This document shows positions 21,051 through 30,171 of a stretch of DNA of 35,473 nt, one piece after another; the stretch's first letter is position 1; each line of letters opens with the position of its first letter. The stretch is from a bacterium (GTDB taxonomy: Bacteria > Bacteroidota > Bacteroidia > Bacteroidales > UBA932), in the NCBI GenBank assembly GCA_004561775.1, contig SFUD01000001.1, forward strand, positions 1 through 35,473. Direction: 5' to 3'. A program made the position numbers and the translations under genes. Below the pieces are notes generated by a model. That model did not search any database, was not told where the DNA came from, and was given only the letters and a program-made list of their open reading frames with translations.

Positions 21051-24000
21051 ATGGAACTGAAACTCTACATTGCAGGGACACAGGTAGACCTCAATAGTGA
21101 CAACCTCATCCTGTGGAACTATACGCAGGAGGACCTTGCCAATCCTGCCATAGTCAAGAACTCATACTCACAACAAATCACCCTCCCCGGCACACCAACC
21201 AACAATACCCTGTTCGGTGACATCTACCGCCTTGACAGGTCGCAGTTGATAACAGGTAGCGAGGGCGGGGTGGCTTTCAATCCATCCAAGCGCACCTCCT
21301 TTGAGATACGCAATGACAAGGATGAGGTGTTGGAGTCTGGATATATGAAATTGGACAAGGTGACAAAAAGGGGAGGCACACAAGAGTATGCCATAACCCT
21401 GTATGGCGGCCTTGGCTCATTTTTCTATGCCCTGTCCTACGATGACAATGGAAACAAGAGGACACTTGCTGACTTGAGGTATCTATCCACAGGAAACAAG
21501 GATAATGAGTTGGACTTTCTCATCAATGCCTCCTTTGTGCAGTCCTGTTGGTCAAGATTGGATGGTGATGACCCAGACTACCCGGAACAGGTGGCCGATG
21601 TCATTAACTTTGCGCCTTGCTACAATGGCATCCCGGACAACTTTGATGCTGACAAAGGACTCATTGACCCTGCGACTTGTGGATTGCCTACATCCGTATT
21701 GGTTGATGGTGTCACATATACCACCAAAGGAGGGTATACCCTTGTGGAACTCCCGGAGGCGGTCACCGAGTGGGCGGCCAAAGACCTGCGCTCATACCTG
21801 CAGAGGCCTGTGTTCTCCATCAAGGCGTTCCTCAACGCCCTCACCAACCCAGATAACTGCGGAGGATACTCCTTTGATTGTTCCGAGTTGATGGACTCCC
21901 ATTTCACTTATGGTGGCTTGTGGATGACATTGCCCCTGTTGCCCTCCCTGCCGACATATAGGCGAGAGAGTCACACCCTCAACCTCACCACAAGCGGGGG
22001 TGTGACACCTGGGGATAACTATATCCCTATCACCCTTGGGGAAACCCTGCCTGCCAATACAAAGGTGGATATTAACTACAATGTAAAATTAGCATTCTAT
22101 TGTCCAGATGCGGCCTCTGCAGGGGCAGCAAGGATTAGTCTTATGCGGAATACGCATACTCAAAGCGGTTCTTGGAATTACTATAACCAAGATGCAATGG
22201 GCCTATTTGTTCAGTTGGTGGCTTATGATGCTCAAGGCAACCCTCTTACTGCATCAAAGGTAGTCTGCATAGGCAGTTACGAGGGCCAACGCACATCCAT
22301 TGGAGTTACAACAGGTATTCCAAAGAGTGCAAAAGAAAGGGCAAAGATTGTTGGGTTTACCCCTCACTTTACCGACCTTGAGGATGTGTGGGGTGACTAT
22401 ATCTCCGCATCTCCAAATGCCGACAACATCAACAGGAGGCTTACAACCAACTACTATGACTTTCCGCAGGAGTTGTCATTCAGTCTTTCCGCCTACGATA
22501 TTGCCTCGCTCCGCCTATATGTCACACCATATCATTGGTACAACTATCATAAAGAGGGATGGTGGCCTTGGCAACGCTATACGGATGAGGATGGCACATA
22601 TGGCATCAATGCGCAGAAAGTGATTGCAAATGGCGTAAAATCATACACAGGCTATGAGGGAGCGGCAGGCACGCAACCGAATACCGCAGAGTACCAGACA
22701 TCGGACACATTGAGGAGTGGTGCAAAAATCACCAAGGCATCCCTCTTGTCCACCGACTACACCCCTGCGGACCTCCTCCTGTCTCTCACCAAGATGTTTG
22801 GCTTTACCTACACCTATGACAGGGCAACCAAGAGGGTCAAGGTGATGCACCGCAACTCATTCTATCAAGATGAGACTATTGACCTGTCCGGCAGGATTGA
22901 CAGGTCCAAAGACATCTCTATCAACCCTCTCGTATTTGATACAAAATGGCTATCAATGGAGACCGAGATGGTGGGAGGCGAGTTTGCTGATACCTACGAG
23001 GCTCTATATGGTGTCCCCTTTGGCGTTCAGCGCATAGACACCGGGTATGATTTCAATGCGGAGACCAAGGCTCTTATGTCATCCATTGTAGTCAAGGGTG
23101 CGGTTACATCACTTGAGTATGGCAAATACTACAATGATGTTACACAGGATGGGGTGTTCCGCCCATCTCCGTTCCTTACTGCAGGGTGTAAGCATACCCT
23201 GTGGTCCACAGGCGGTCTCTCTACCGAGTTGAATGTCCCTGTGCCACCCTCCCCGGTCATATACTACTACGGAGAGGAGGATGCCGCTTTGCCGGGATAT
23301 GACTATGCTCTTGACAGGAAACTGCAACTCCACGATGAGGATAACAAGCCTATAGATGGTGATGGTATCCTTGTGCACCTCAACTCTTGGGGCAACTACC
23401 CATATTTCAAGGTGTCCGATGACTCCGCCACAATGAACAACCTAAATGATGGCAAGGCCTGTTGGATTTTGACCGCAGGTCCTGCATATGGCAACCATCT
23501 GCGCATTCCTATCTTTTCCAGATACTCCGATGGAGATGGATGGCTTATAGATGTCTCTCTGGATTTTGGCAGAACAAGGGAACTCAACGCCCCCGGTCTT
23601 GTCTATTCCCAAAATGATGTCACAATCTATGAGAGGGGTTGGAAAAGGTATTTGACTGACAGGTACGATGTGAATACGAGGGTGGTAACCTGTTATGTGG
23701 ACCTCCGAGGAATGAGGGTCGGGCAGGACCTGTTGCGCAAGTTCTACCATTTTGACAACGCCCTCTGGGTGCTTAACAAAATCGTGAACTATTCCCTCAC
23801 CTCCAACGCACCTGTACAATGCGAATTTGTCAAGGTGCAGGATAAGAGTGCCTATACCGAGGGTCAAAACTACGGCCTTGAGCATCCATTCTATGAGGAG
23901 GATGATGTAGAGTTGAGTGGGTCGGTAGTCAAATGGCTCAAGGATACGCATAGGATAGGCTTTTATGGGGACAAGACCAACTCCGCCGGGGCAGGGTATG

Positions 24001-24269
24001 GGTATGTGAAACTACGCATCCTCCGAGAGTGTAATGTCTATATTGCTCCATCCACCGAGGCATCATATGACATAGGGTATATCTGCAAGGAGCATCCTTG
24101 CCTCACAAAGACCGAGATTGAGAATGATGCCGACTTGTATACCTCTGGGGCATCCGTAAGTGCTGACTTTCATTGCGCTGCAGGTGATACCCTGTACATC
24201 GGATATACCAAGGACTCTACTGCGGTTAATGGTGATGATAAGGTGACATTCTATTTTAATGAAATATAG
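21051..24269 (+). CDS. Large virion or tail-associated structural protein (1072 aa).
   Basis: Called from size and position in the late operon. No catalytic motif recognised by eye. Confidence 0.55.
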   Translation: MELKLYIAGTQVDLNSDNLILWNYTQEDLANPAIVKNSYSQQITLPGTPTNNTLFGDIYRLDRSQLITGSEGGVAFNPSKRTSFEIRNDKDEVLESGYMKLDKVTKRGGTQEYAITLYGGLGSFFYALSYDDNGNKRTLADLRYLSTGNKDNELDFLINASFVQSCWSRLDGDDPDYPEQVADVINFAPCYNGIPDNFDADKGLIDPATCGLPTSVLVDGVTYTTKGGYTLVELPEAVTEWAAKDLRSYLQRPVFSIKAFLNALTNPDNCGGYSFDCSELMDSHFTYGGLWMTLPLLPSLPTYRRESHTLNLTTSGGVTPGDNYIPITLGETLPANTKVDINYNVKLAFYCPDAASAGAARISLMRNTHTQSGSWNYYNQDAMGLFVQLVAYDAQGNPLTASKVVCIGSYEGQRTSIGVTTGIPKSAKERAKIVGFTPHFTDLEDVWGDYISASPNADNINRRLTTNYYDFPQELSFSLSAYDIASLRLYVTPYHWYNYHKEGWWPWQRYTDEDGTYGINAQKVIANGVKSYTGYEGAAGTQPNTAEYQTSDTLRSGAKITKASLLSTDYTPADLLLSLTKMFGFTYTYDRATKRVKVMHRNSFYQDETIDLSGRIDRSKDISINPLVFDTKWLSMETEMVGGEFADTYEALYGVPFGVQRIDTGYDFNAETKALMSSIVVKGAVTSLEYGKYYNDVTQDGVFRPSPFLTAGCKHTLWSTGGLSTELNVPVPPSPVIYYYGEEDAALPGYDYALDRKLQLHDEDNKPIDGDGILVHLNSWGNYPYFKVSDDSATMNNLNDGKACWILTAGPAYGNHLRIPIFSRYSDGDGWLIDVSLDFGRTRELNAPGLVYSQNDVTIYERGWKRYLTDRYDVNTRVVTCYVDLRGMRVGQDLLRKFYHFDNALWVLNKIVNYSLTSNAPVQCEFVKVQDKSAYTEGQNYGLEHPFYEEDDVELSGSVVKWLKDTHRIGFYGDKTNSAGAGYGYVKLRILRECNVYIAPSTEASYDIGYICKEHPCLTKTEIENDADLYTSGASVSADFHCAAGDTLYIGYTKDSTAVNGDDKVTFYFNEI

Positions 24270-24272
24270 ACT

Positions 24273-26825
24273 ATGGCAACAACCGAAACCAAAATCATAC
24301 TGAATGCCGAGACCGGGCAGGCGGTTAAGAATGTCCGGGAACTGCAGGATACCATCAAGGCATACAAGCAGGCTCTGGCCGATGAGAATGCGACTGCAGA
24401 GGAGAACAGGGCCACCGCAGCGAAACTTGCGGAGGCGCAGGGCGTATTGCGTGATGTGATGAACTCCTCCAACCTCACTCTTGAGGAGGCAAGAAAGGGC
24501 ATCAATACCGCCAATATGTCCTACAATGACCTTGTGCATACAATGGCCGACCTTACCAAGGTGTGGCGCAGCACCACCGATGAGGTGGCGAGGGCGCAGA
24601 TTGGTAGCCAGATAAACCAAATCAACAACAAACTCAAGGAACTTGATGCTACCAAAGGCACTTTCCAAAGGAATGTGGGTAACTATGGCAACCAACTTGG
24701 GCAGGCGTTCACGCAGGTAGGCTCTATTGTCGGAGGCCCATTCCAAAAGGCCGTAATGGCAGGCAACAACGCCCTCAAGGTGATGTCTGCCAACCCAATT
24801 ATGCTCATCCTTACCGCCATTGTGACTATCCTCCAAAAGGTTATAGATGCCCTCAAGAGTTCCGAGGAGAATACGAATGCGATGAACACCGCAATGGCGG
24901 CCTTTGCCCCAATAGGTGATGCCGTTACCAAGATACTGCAGGCGATAGGTAGTGCAGTTGCTTGGGTTGTTAGCGGCCTGTCCAAGTTGGTGTCCGCAAT
25001 TATCGGCACTACCGAGGCAATGGCAGAGAGGCAGAGGATTGCGGAGATGGAGATTGAACTCACCAAGAGGCAGAGGGAAAACATCATCAAGAATGCGGAG
25101 GCAGAGAGGGATGCTGCAAGGCTCAAGGCAGAGGCTGCAGAGAAAGACAAACTCACCTCCGAGGAGAGGCTTGCCCTCCTTGAGGAGTCCGCCAAGAAAG
25201 AGAATGAGATTGCGCAGAGGGCCTACGAGGATGCCAAATTAGCCTATGAGATACAAAAGGCCAAAAACGCCCTCACCGCCTCATCTGCGGAGGAAAAGCA
25301 AAAGGAGGCGGAGGCTTATGCCGCTATGGTCAAGGCGGAAACCGACTACTACAAGAAAATCAAAGAGACCGCATCCCAGATGGCCGAGACTCGCAAGAAA
25401 ATGGCCGATGATGCCAAGAAAGCAGCCAAGGAGAGGCAGGATGCATTGAGAGCGCAGGTGCAAGCGGAAAAGGATTTGATTGAGCAAGAGATTGAACTTG
25501 CAGTCAAAGGTAGCGAGGAGGAACTGCGCCTCAAGAAAGAGAAACTCAAAAAGGACCTCATACTCGCACAGGGTGATGCCCGGACCAAGATTAAGGACAA
25601 GACCATCCTTGCCCAGACCCTTGCCAACCTGCAGACCAAGTACAACCGAGATGAGCAAAAGTTGGAGAGGGAACATCAAAAGACTTTGCAATCTATCCGT
25701 ATACAGGGCCTCAAGAATATTGCCAACCGATATGCCGAGGGTACACTTGAATACCTCAAGGCAATGGCCGATGTGCGCAAGCAGGAGATGGCCGATGTGC
25801 AGAGAGAGGAGGGTGAGACTATGGAGTCATATCACGCCCGCAGACTCGCCTCTCAAAAGGCTTATTACGATGCCATATCCGCCCTCAATAAGGAAAAGGT
25901 AAGAGAGTCTACCCTCAACCTTGAACTTGCCTATGCACAGGGTGTGCAGTCCACCGAGAATGCACTCGCCTTTGAGATGCAGATGGCGGAGGCAAGGGCC
26001 GAGGCTATAGAGAAACTTGGCAAACAGGTCGGAGAGACCGAGGCCGACTACCTCATACGCCTTGCACAGGCAAGGAATGAGGCGGCACAGGCCACCGACA
26101 ACTATATCAACTATACGGAGGAGCAGGAGAGGTTGCATCTGGAGAATAGGATGAATACCCTGCAGGAGGGGTCATTAGAGTACCTGTCCGCAGCCATAGA
26201 CCTCAAGGCCTTTGAACTTGACACCCTGCACAAGATGGAGGAGGAGAGCGATGAGGAGTTCTATGCCCGCAAGATAGCCGCAGAGAAAGCCTACATTGAG
26301 TCCAAAAAGGCCCTCACCTCGCAGCAAATTGCCCTTGCTCAACAATCGGTATCCGCAGTCTCCGGCATCCTTGGCTCACTCGCAGACATCTATGAGAGTG
26401 ATACCGATGCCACCGAGGCGGAACTGAAAAAGGCCAAGAATATGCGCATAGCAGGTGCGACTATTGATATGTTGAGTGGTGTTGTAACCGCCATCTCTAC
26501 TGCAATGCAACTTGGCCCTATTGCCGGACCTATTATGGGAGCAATCAATTCTGCCGCAGTCATTGCTGCAGGTGTTGCGAACATTACCAAAATCAAGCAG
26601 CAGTCCACATCCAAGAATGCCTCATCATCGCAGACTCCTACCACCGCACAGGTGTCTGCCCCTGTCATCGGTAGCGAGATGCAGGCGGTGCGCAATGTCA
26701 CATCTGCCTCCGAGGAGGACCGCCTCAATCAAATGGCATCCGACCAGAGAGTTGTCCTTGTGATGTCCGACCTTGAGGTCAAGCAGGCACAAAAGAGGGT
26801 GCAGGTGGCAGAGTCATCATTCTAA
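24273..26825 (+). CDS. Tape-measure-like protein.
   Basis: 850 aa. Long Ala/Glu/Lys coiled-coil core flanked by hydrophobic segments (ANPIMLILTAIVTILQ; GPIAGPIMGAINSAAVIAAGVANI), typical of TMPs. Confidence 0.6.
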   Translation: MATTETKIILNAETGQAVKNVRELQDTIKAYKQALADENATAEENRATAAKLAEAQGVLRDVMNSSNLTLEEARKGINTANMSYNDLVHTMADLTKVWRSTTDEVARAQIGSQINQINNKLKELDATKGTFQRNVGNYGNQLGQAFTQVGSIVGGPFQKAVMAGNNALKVMSANPIMLILTAIVTILQKVIDALKSSEENTNAMNTAMAAFAPIGDAVTKILQAIGSAVAWVVSGLSKLVSAIIGTTEAMAERQRIAEMEIELTKRQRENIIKNAEAERDAARLKAEAAEKDKLTSEERLALLEESAKKENEIAQRAYEDAKLAYEIQKAKNALTASSAEEKQKEAEAYAAMVKAETDYYKKIKETASQMAETRKKMADDAKKAAKERQDALRAQVQAEKDLIEQEIELAVKGSEEELRLKKEKLKKDLILAQGDARTKIKDKTILAQTLANLQTKYNRDEQKLEREHQKTLQSIRIQGLKNIANRYAEGTLEYLKAMADVRKQEMADVQREEGETMESYHARRLASQKAYYDAISALNKEKVRESTLNLELAYAQGVQSTENALAFEMQMAEARAEAIEKLGKQVGETEADYLIRLAQARNEAAQATDNYINYTEEQERLHLENRMNTLQEGSLEYLSAAIDLKAFELDTLHKMEEESDEEFYARKIAAEKAYIESKKALTSQQIALAQQSVSAVSGILGSLADIYESDTDATEAELKKAKNMRIAGATIDMLSGVVTAISTAMQLGPIAGPIMGAINSAAVIAAGVANITKIKQQSTSKNASSSQTPTTAQVSAPVIGSEMQAVRNVTSASEEDRLNQMASDQRVVLVMSDLEVKQAQKRVQVAESSF

Positions 26826-26842
26826 ACCTTTACGATTTCAAT

Positions 26843-26860
26843 GGATTTTATATTTACAAG
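26843..26860 (+). promoter_or_regulatory. Late-operon motif, copy C (ggATTTTATATTTACAAG).
   Basis: Core at 26845-26856. The motif feature ends 3 nt (the core 7 nt) before ATG 26864, so the mRNA may be near-leaderless. Confidence 0.55.
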
Positions 26861-26863
26861 TGT

Positions 26864-28102
26864 ATGGCAACAATAGTGACAATAGATGGCATCCCTGTAT
26901 ACGATGCAATTATCTCCGACTCCTCGCAGGGTATGGACAAGATTTCTCTTGTAGATGCCCCTGCGGTGATGTCCGATTTCCTAAAGTTCAAAGAGCAAGA
27001 CAAGCAGGTCCTCTTTTCGGTAGCGGATGAGGATAAGAGACTTGTGTACGGAGTCATTATGAGGGCCGATTTCCCTATCTACCGCAAGGATGAGCAGATG
27101 GGGGAGTTTTACATCATCTACAAAGCAGACACCATACGCCAGATGGCCGAGAAATACCTTGCAGATGGCAAGTGTAACAACATCAATTTGATGCACCAAG
27201 ATGGTAGTGATGTGGATGGAGTGCAGATGGTGCAGTATTTCATCAAGGACTCCGCAATGGGTGTCTGCCCGGCAGGCTTTGACAACATCTCCGATGGCAG
27301 CCTCTTTGGCGAGTTTCACATCACCAATGATGAGGTGTGGGCCAAGGTTAAGGATGGTACATACAAAGGCTTTTCATTGGAGGGATACTTTGACCTCATC
27401 CCGGAGACCAACGAAAAGGATGTGCAAAGCATTGTAGACACCCTTGCAGGTGCATTTAGCAGACTATTCAAACAATCATTCAATATGACAAAACTTGAAA
27501 AAATCAAGGCCGCACTTGCCAAGATATTGGTAGAGTGCGCAAATTGCACTACCGACAAGGGTATCCTGTATTGGGATGGTGATGACACCCTTGCAGTTGA
27601 TATGCCTGTCTTTACGGATGAGGCCAAGACTACCCCTGCGGAGGATGGTGACTACATCAAGGAGGATGGCTCTACCATTGTTGTCAAGGATGGCAAGGTG
27701 TCCGAAATCAAGCCAAAGGTTGAGGACAAGCCTGTTGAAAACGCAGATGAAAATGAGCCTGCAGCCGAGGGTGGAAACGATGAGCCTGCAGCCGGGAATG
27801 AGCCATCTGCAGATGGTGGTGACGGAGGAAATGCCGACTCCGACATTGAAAAGAGGATAGCATCTCTTGAGTCCATAGTGGCAAAGATTGCGGAGTGGCT
27901 TGGCATTATCGTAGTACACGATAAGGAGAGCGCAGTAACCGAGTCCTTTGCCGCCCAGATGGCAAGTATAAAGGCGGAGATTGCTGCCCTCAAGAAAACC
28001 CCTGCCGCACCGAGTGCGCACGAGGCTTTCAAAAAAATGTCTGCGGAGGACACCACAACCACCCCCGGTGACAGGAGATGCGTTACTCGCAAGACCCTTT
28101 AA
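26864..28102 (+). CDS. XkdF-like prohead protease / scaffold fusion protein.
   Basis: N-terminus IPVYDAIISD...ISLVDAPA...YGVIMRADFPIYR...GFSLEG resembles the PBSX XkdF family. The C-terminal half is acidic with low complexity, plus a coiled coil (scaffold-like). Confidence 0.55.
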   Translation: MATIVTIDGIPVYDAIISDSSQGMDKISLVDAPAVMSDFLKFKEQDKQVLFSVADEDKRLVYGVIMRADFPIYRKDEQMGEFYIIYKADTIRQMAEKYLADGKCNNINLMHQDGSDVDGVQMVQYFIKDSAMGVCPAGFDNISDGSLFGEFHITNDEVWAKVKDGTYKGFSLEGYFDLIPETNEKDVQSIVDTLAGAFSRLFKQSFNMTKLEKIKAALAKILVECANCTTDKGILYWDGDDTLAVDMPVFTDEAKTTPAEDGDYIKEDGSTIVVKDGKVSEIKPKVEDKPVENADENEPAAEGGNDEPAAGNEPSADGGDGGNADSDIEKRIASLESIVAKIAEWLGIIVVHDKESAVTESFAAQMASIKAEIAALKKTPAAPSAHEAFKKMSAEDTTTTPGDRRCVTRKTL

Positions 28103-28132
28103 CCTCAAATCTCTCTAATAATTTCATCATCT

Positions 28133-28163
28133 GGGCCTCCTGCCGCCAAGGGAGGCCCTTTTT
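28133..28163 (+). terminator. Rho-independent terminator.
   Basis: gggcctcc / 10-nt loop / ggaggccc followed by TTTTT. Confidence 0.75.
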
Positions 28164-28204
28164 ATGGCCTATTTTGCCCTGTAACGAAAATTTTACAGGC
28201 GGAT

Positions 28205-28223
28205 GGGATTTTATATTTACAAT
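28205..28223 (+). promoter_or_regulatory. Late-operon motif, copy D (gggATTTTATATTTACAAT).
   Basis: Core at 28208-28219. Upstream TTTACAGG element at 28192-28199. Confidence 0.55.
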
Positions 28224-28250
28224 GTAGAGACACCAAATAAAACAATCTAT

Positions 28251-29168
28251 ATGGCAACATCACCTATCGTTACAGGTCTTACAGGTTATGTAGAGCAGAA
28301 CCGAGACCTCATCCGCAGTACCTCCATCATCGGTAGCCGTACTGCGCAGTTATTCACCAAGCAGAGTGGAGTGAAAGGTAGCGCAGCCATCAATATCCTC
28401 TCTACCGCCATCTCCTTTGGCAATGGCGCAGAGTGCGGATGGAATGAGGCAGGCAGCCAGACTCTCTCGCAGCGAGTAATCGTTACCGGGCAGGTAAAGG
28501 TCAATATGGCCTACTGCGAAAAGAAACTTATCGGCACTTGGGCCGAAAAGCAGGTAGAAATCAAGGCAGACCCAAAGGCTCTCCCATTTGAGGAGGACTT
28601 TATGAATGGGGTTGTAGAGGGCATACAGGATGCTCTTGAAAAGGCCCTCTGGCAGGGTGACACCACATCAAGCGATGTCAATCTCAAGAGGTTTGATGGT
28701 ATGCTCAAGGTCCTTGCCAATGCAGAGGGTGTACTTGCAGAGACCATCGCATCCAACACCTCTTACATCAACGCAGTAAAGCAGGTGCTTATGGCAATGC
28801 CTGCAAAGACCCTCAAGGATGATGCAGTCATCTTCTGCGCCCCAGAGTTCCTGCGCAACTATGAGCAGGCTCTTGTGGCTGCCAACCTGTACCACTTTGT
28901 GCCGGGTAAGGATTACGAGGACATCACCATACCGGGTAGCAATGTCAAACTCGTATCGGTTGCAGGCCTTGTGGGCATCAAGAAACTCGTAGCAGGCCGC
29001 CTCTCCAATTTCTTCTATGGCTATGACATAGAGGATGCACCAGAGTCCTTTGACCTGTGGTACTCCAAGGACAACAGGGAGTTCCGCCTTGCAGTTGAGT
29101 TCAACGCAGGTGTACAGGTTGCATTCCCTGCAGAGGTTGTAGTTGGTACTTACACTACCCTCTCGTAG
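28251..29168 (+). CDS. Major capsid protein (HK97-fold type, tentative).
   Basis: 305 aa from ATG 28251; the track start at 28203 lies inside the promoter motif. Follows the protease/scaffold gene and is flanked by strong terminators, implying high expression. Confidence 0.6.
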   Translation: MATSPIVTGLTGYVEQNRDLIRSTSIIGSRTAQLFTKQSGVKGSAAINILSTAISFGNGAECGWNEAGSQTLSQRVIVTGQVKVNMAYCEKKLIGTWAEKQVEIKADPKALPFEEDFMNGVVEGIQDALEKALWQGDTTSSDVNLKRFDGMLKVLANAEGVLAETIASNTSYINAVKQVLMAMPAKTLKDDAVIFCAPEFLRNYEQALVAANLYHFVPGKDYEDITIPGSNVKLVSVAGLVGIKKLVAGRLSNFFYGYDIEDAPESFDLWYSKDNREFRLAVEFNAGVQVAFPAEVVVGTYTTLS

Positions 29169-29174
29169 TTGACT

Positions 29175-29198
29175 GGGGAGGGTAACCCCCTCCCCTTT
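29175..29198 (+). terminator. GGGGAGGG / taacc / CCCTCCCC hairpin plus TTT.
   Basis: Perfect 8-bp stem, 7 nt after the capsid stop. Confidence 0.55.
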
Positions 29199-29224
29199 AT
29201 GTTTAACCTTAATACGCACTCACT

Positions 29225-29737
29225 ATGTCTTGTAGTCAAACACTTTCCGGCATCGCAAGGGACTGCGCTGCATCAATGGGCGGTATTGCAGAGGTACTTA
29301 TCTGCAACCACGATGAAATTACTGCTGTTACCCTCTCCGATGGCATTGTGTCCGCAATCACTACGGCCACAAGCAAAAAGTTCAAGAAATACGCATTCCG
29401 CCCCGGCACAGGCTCAATGACCTCAACCCTCAATGTAGACCCTGCCAACGGAGTGAACTATGTGTCTACTGAACTCGTATTGCAGTTTAATAGAATGGAG
29501 ACAACCAAAAGGGTAGAAATGGCTGCCCTCGCCACCAATGACCTTGCAGTCATTGTCAAAGACAACAACGGCAAGTATTGGTATCTGGGATATGATGAGC
29601 CTGTAAGCGCATCCGCAGGTGATGGTGTAACAGGACAGGCAAGGGGAGATGCCAACAAGTATGGTATCACCTTGCAGGACAACTCCCACGAATTTCCTTA
29701 CGAGGTGGCAGAGGAGGTCATTGCTACTATCCTTTAG
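29225..29737 (+). CDS. Major tail (tube)-like protein (tentative).
   Basis: 170 aa. The pattern ...LAVIVKDNNGKYWYLGYDEPV...TGQARGDANKYGITLQD resembles small siphovirus tube proteins. Bracketed by terminators. Confidence 0.4.
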   Translation: MSCSQTLSGIARDCAASMGGIAEVLICNHDEITAVTLSDGIVSAITTATSKKFKKYAFRPGTGSMTSTLNVDPANGVNYVSTELVLQFNRMETTKRVEMAALATNDLAVIVKDNNGKYWYLGYDEPVSASAGDGVTGQARGDANKYGITLQDNSHEFPYEVAEEVIATIL

Positions 29738-29759
29738 TCCATCTCACCCTCACCCTATT

Positions 29760-29787
29760 CACCCGGTCCGAAATGGCCGGGTGTTTT
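29760..29787 (+). terminator. Rho-independent terminator.
   Basis: cacccggtc / cgaaat / ggccgggtg (one G-T wobble) followed by TTTT. Confidence 0.7.
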
Positions 29788-29803
29788 GCTCTTTACAGGA
29801 TAG

Positions 29804-29823
29804 GCGCAATTTATATTTACAAG
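29804..29823 (+). promoter_or_regulatory. Late-operon motif, copy E (gcgcaATTTATATTTACAAG).
   Basis: Core at 29809-29819, one T shorter than the others. Upstream TTTACAGG at 29792-29799. Confidence 0.55.
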
Positions 29824-29838
29824 TAAAGAGATTATACT

Positions 29839-30171
29839 ATGATTTACCTACTTTCTACCGAGAATAGACAGGAAATGCGCATCCCTCGCAATCTGCCGGA
29901 TACATCTGGACCTATGGCCCTGTTGTTCCGCAGTACGATGGGAGAGGAGGCGGTGGAGATAGCGGTACAAGACCACTCGCCTGCAGGGTCAAGGTATCAC
30001 ATAGTGTATGTTGATAAGGTGCTTACGCCCGGTGAGTATGAATACATCCTCAAATGCGGAGATAGCATCCTGTCAAGAGGTGTTGTCAAGGTACTCCCGG
30101 CAAGCGATAACGCAGTCATAGAGTACGCCCAGAATGAGATAGATATAGTATACGAACAATATGGAGAATAA
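29839..30171 (+). CDS. Hypothetical virion protein (110 aa).
   Basis: First gene after motif E. Overlaps the portal gene start. Confidence 0.5.
   Translation: MIYLLSTENRQEMRIPRNLPDTSGPMALLFRSTMGEEAVEIAVQDHSPAGSRYHIVYVDKVLTPGEYEYILKCGDSILSRGVVKVLPASDNAVIEYAQNEIDIVYEQYGE

Noticed and set aside
24952-25902. Several 60-140-aa Arg/Pro-rich ORFs in alternative frames within the tape-measure gene.
   Set aside because: They are frame-shifted readings of a GAG/AAG/GCC-rich coiled-coil coding region, which is a typical artefact.
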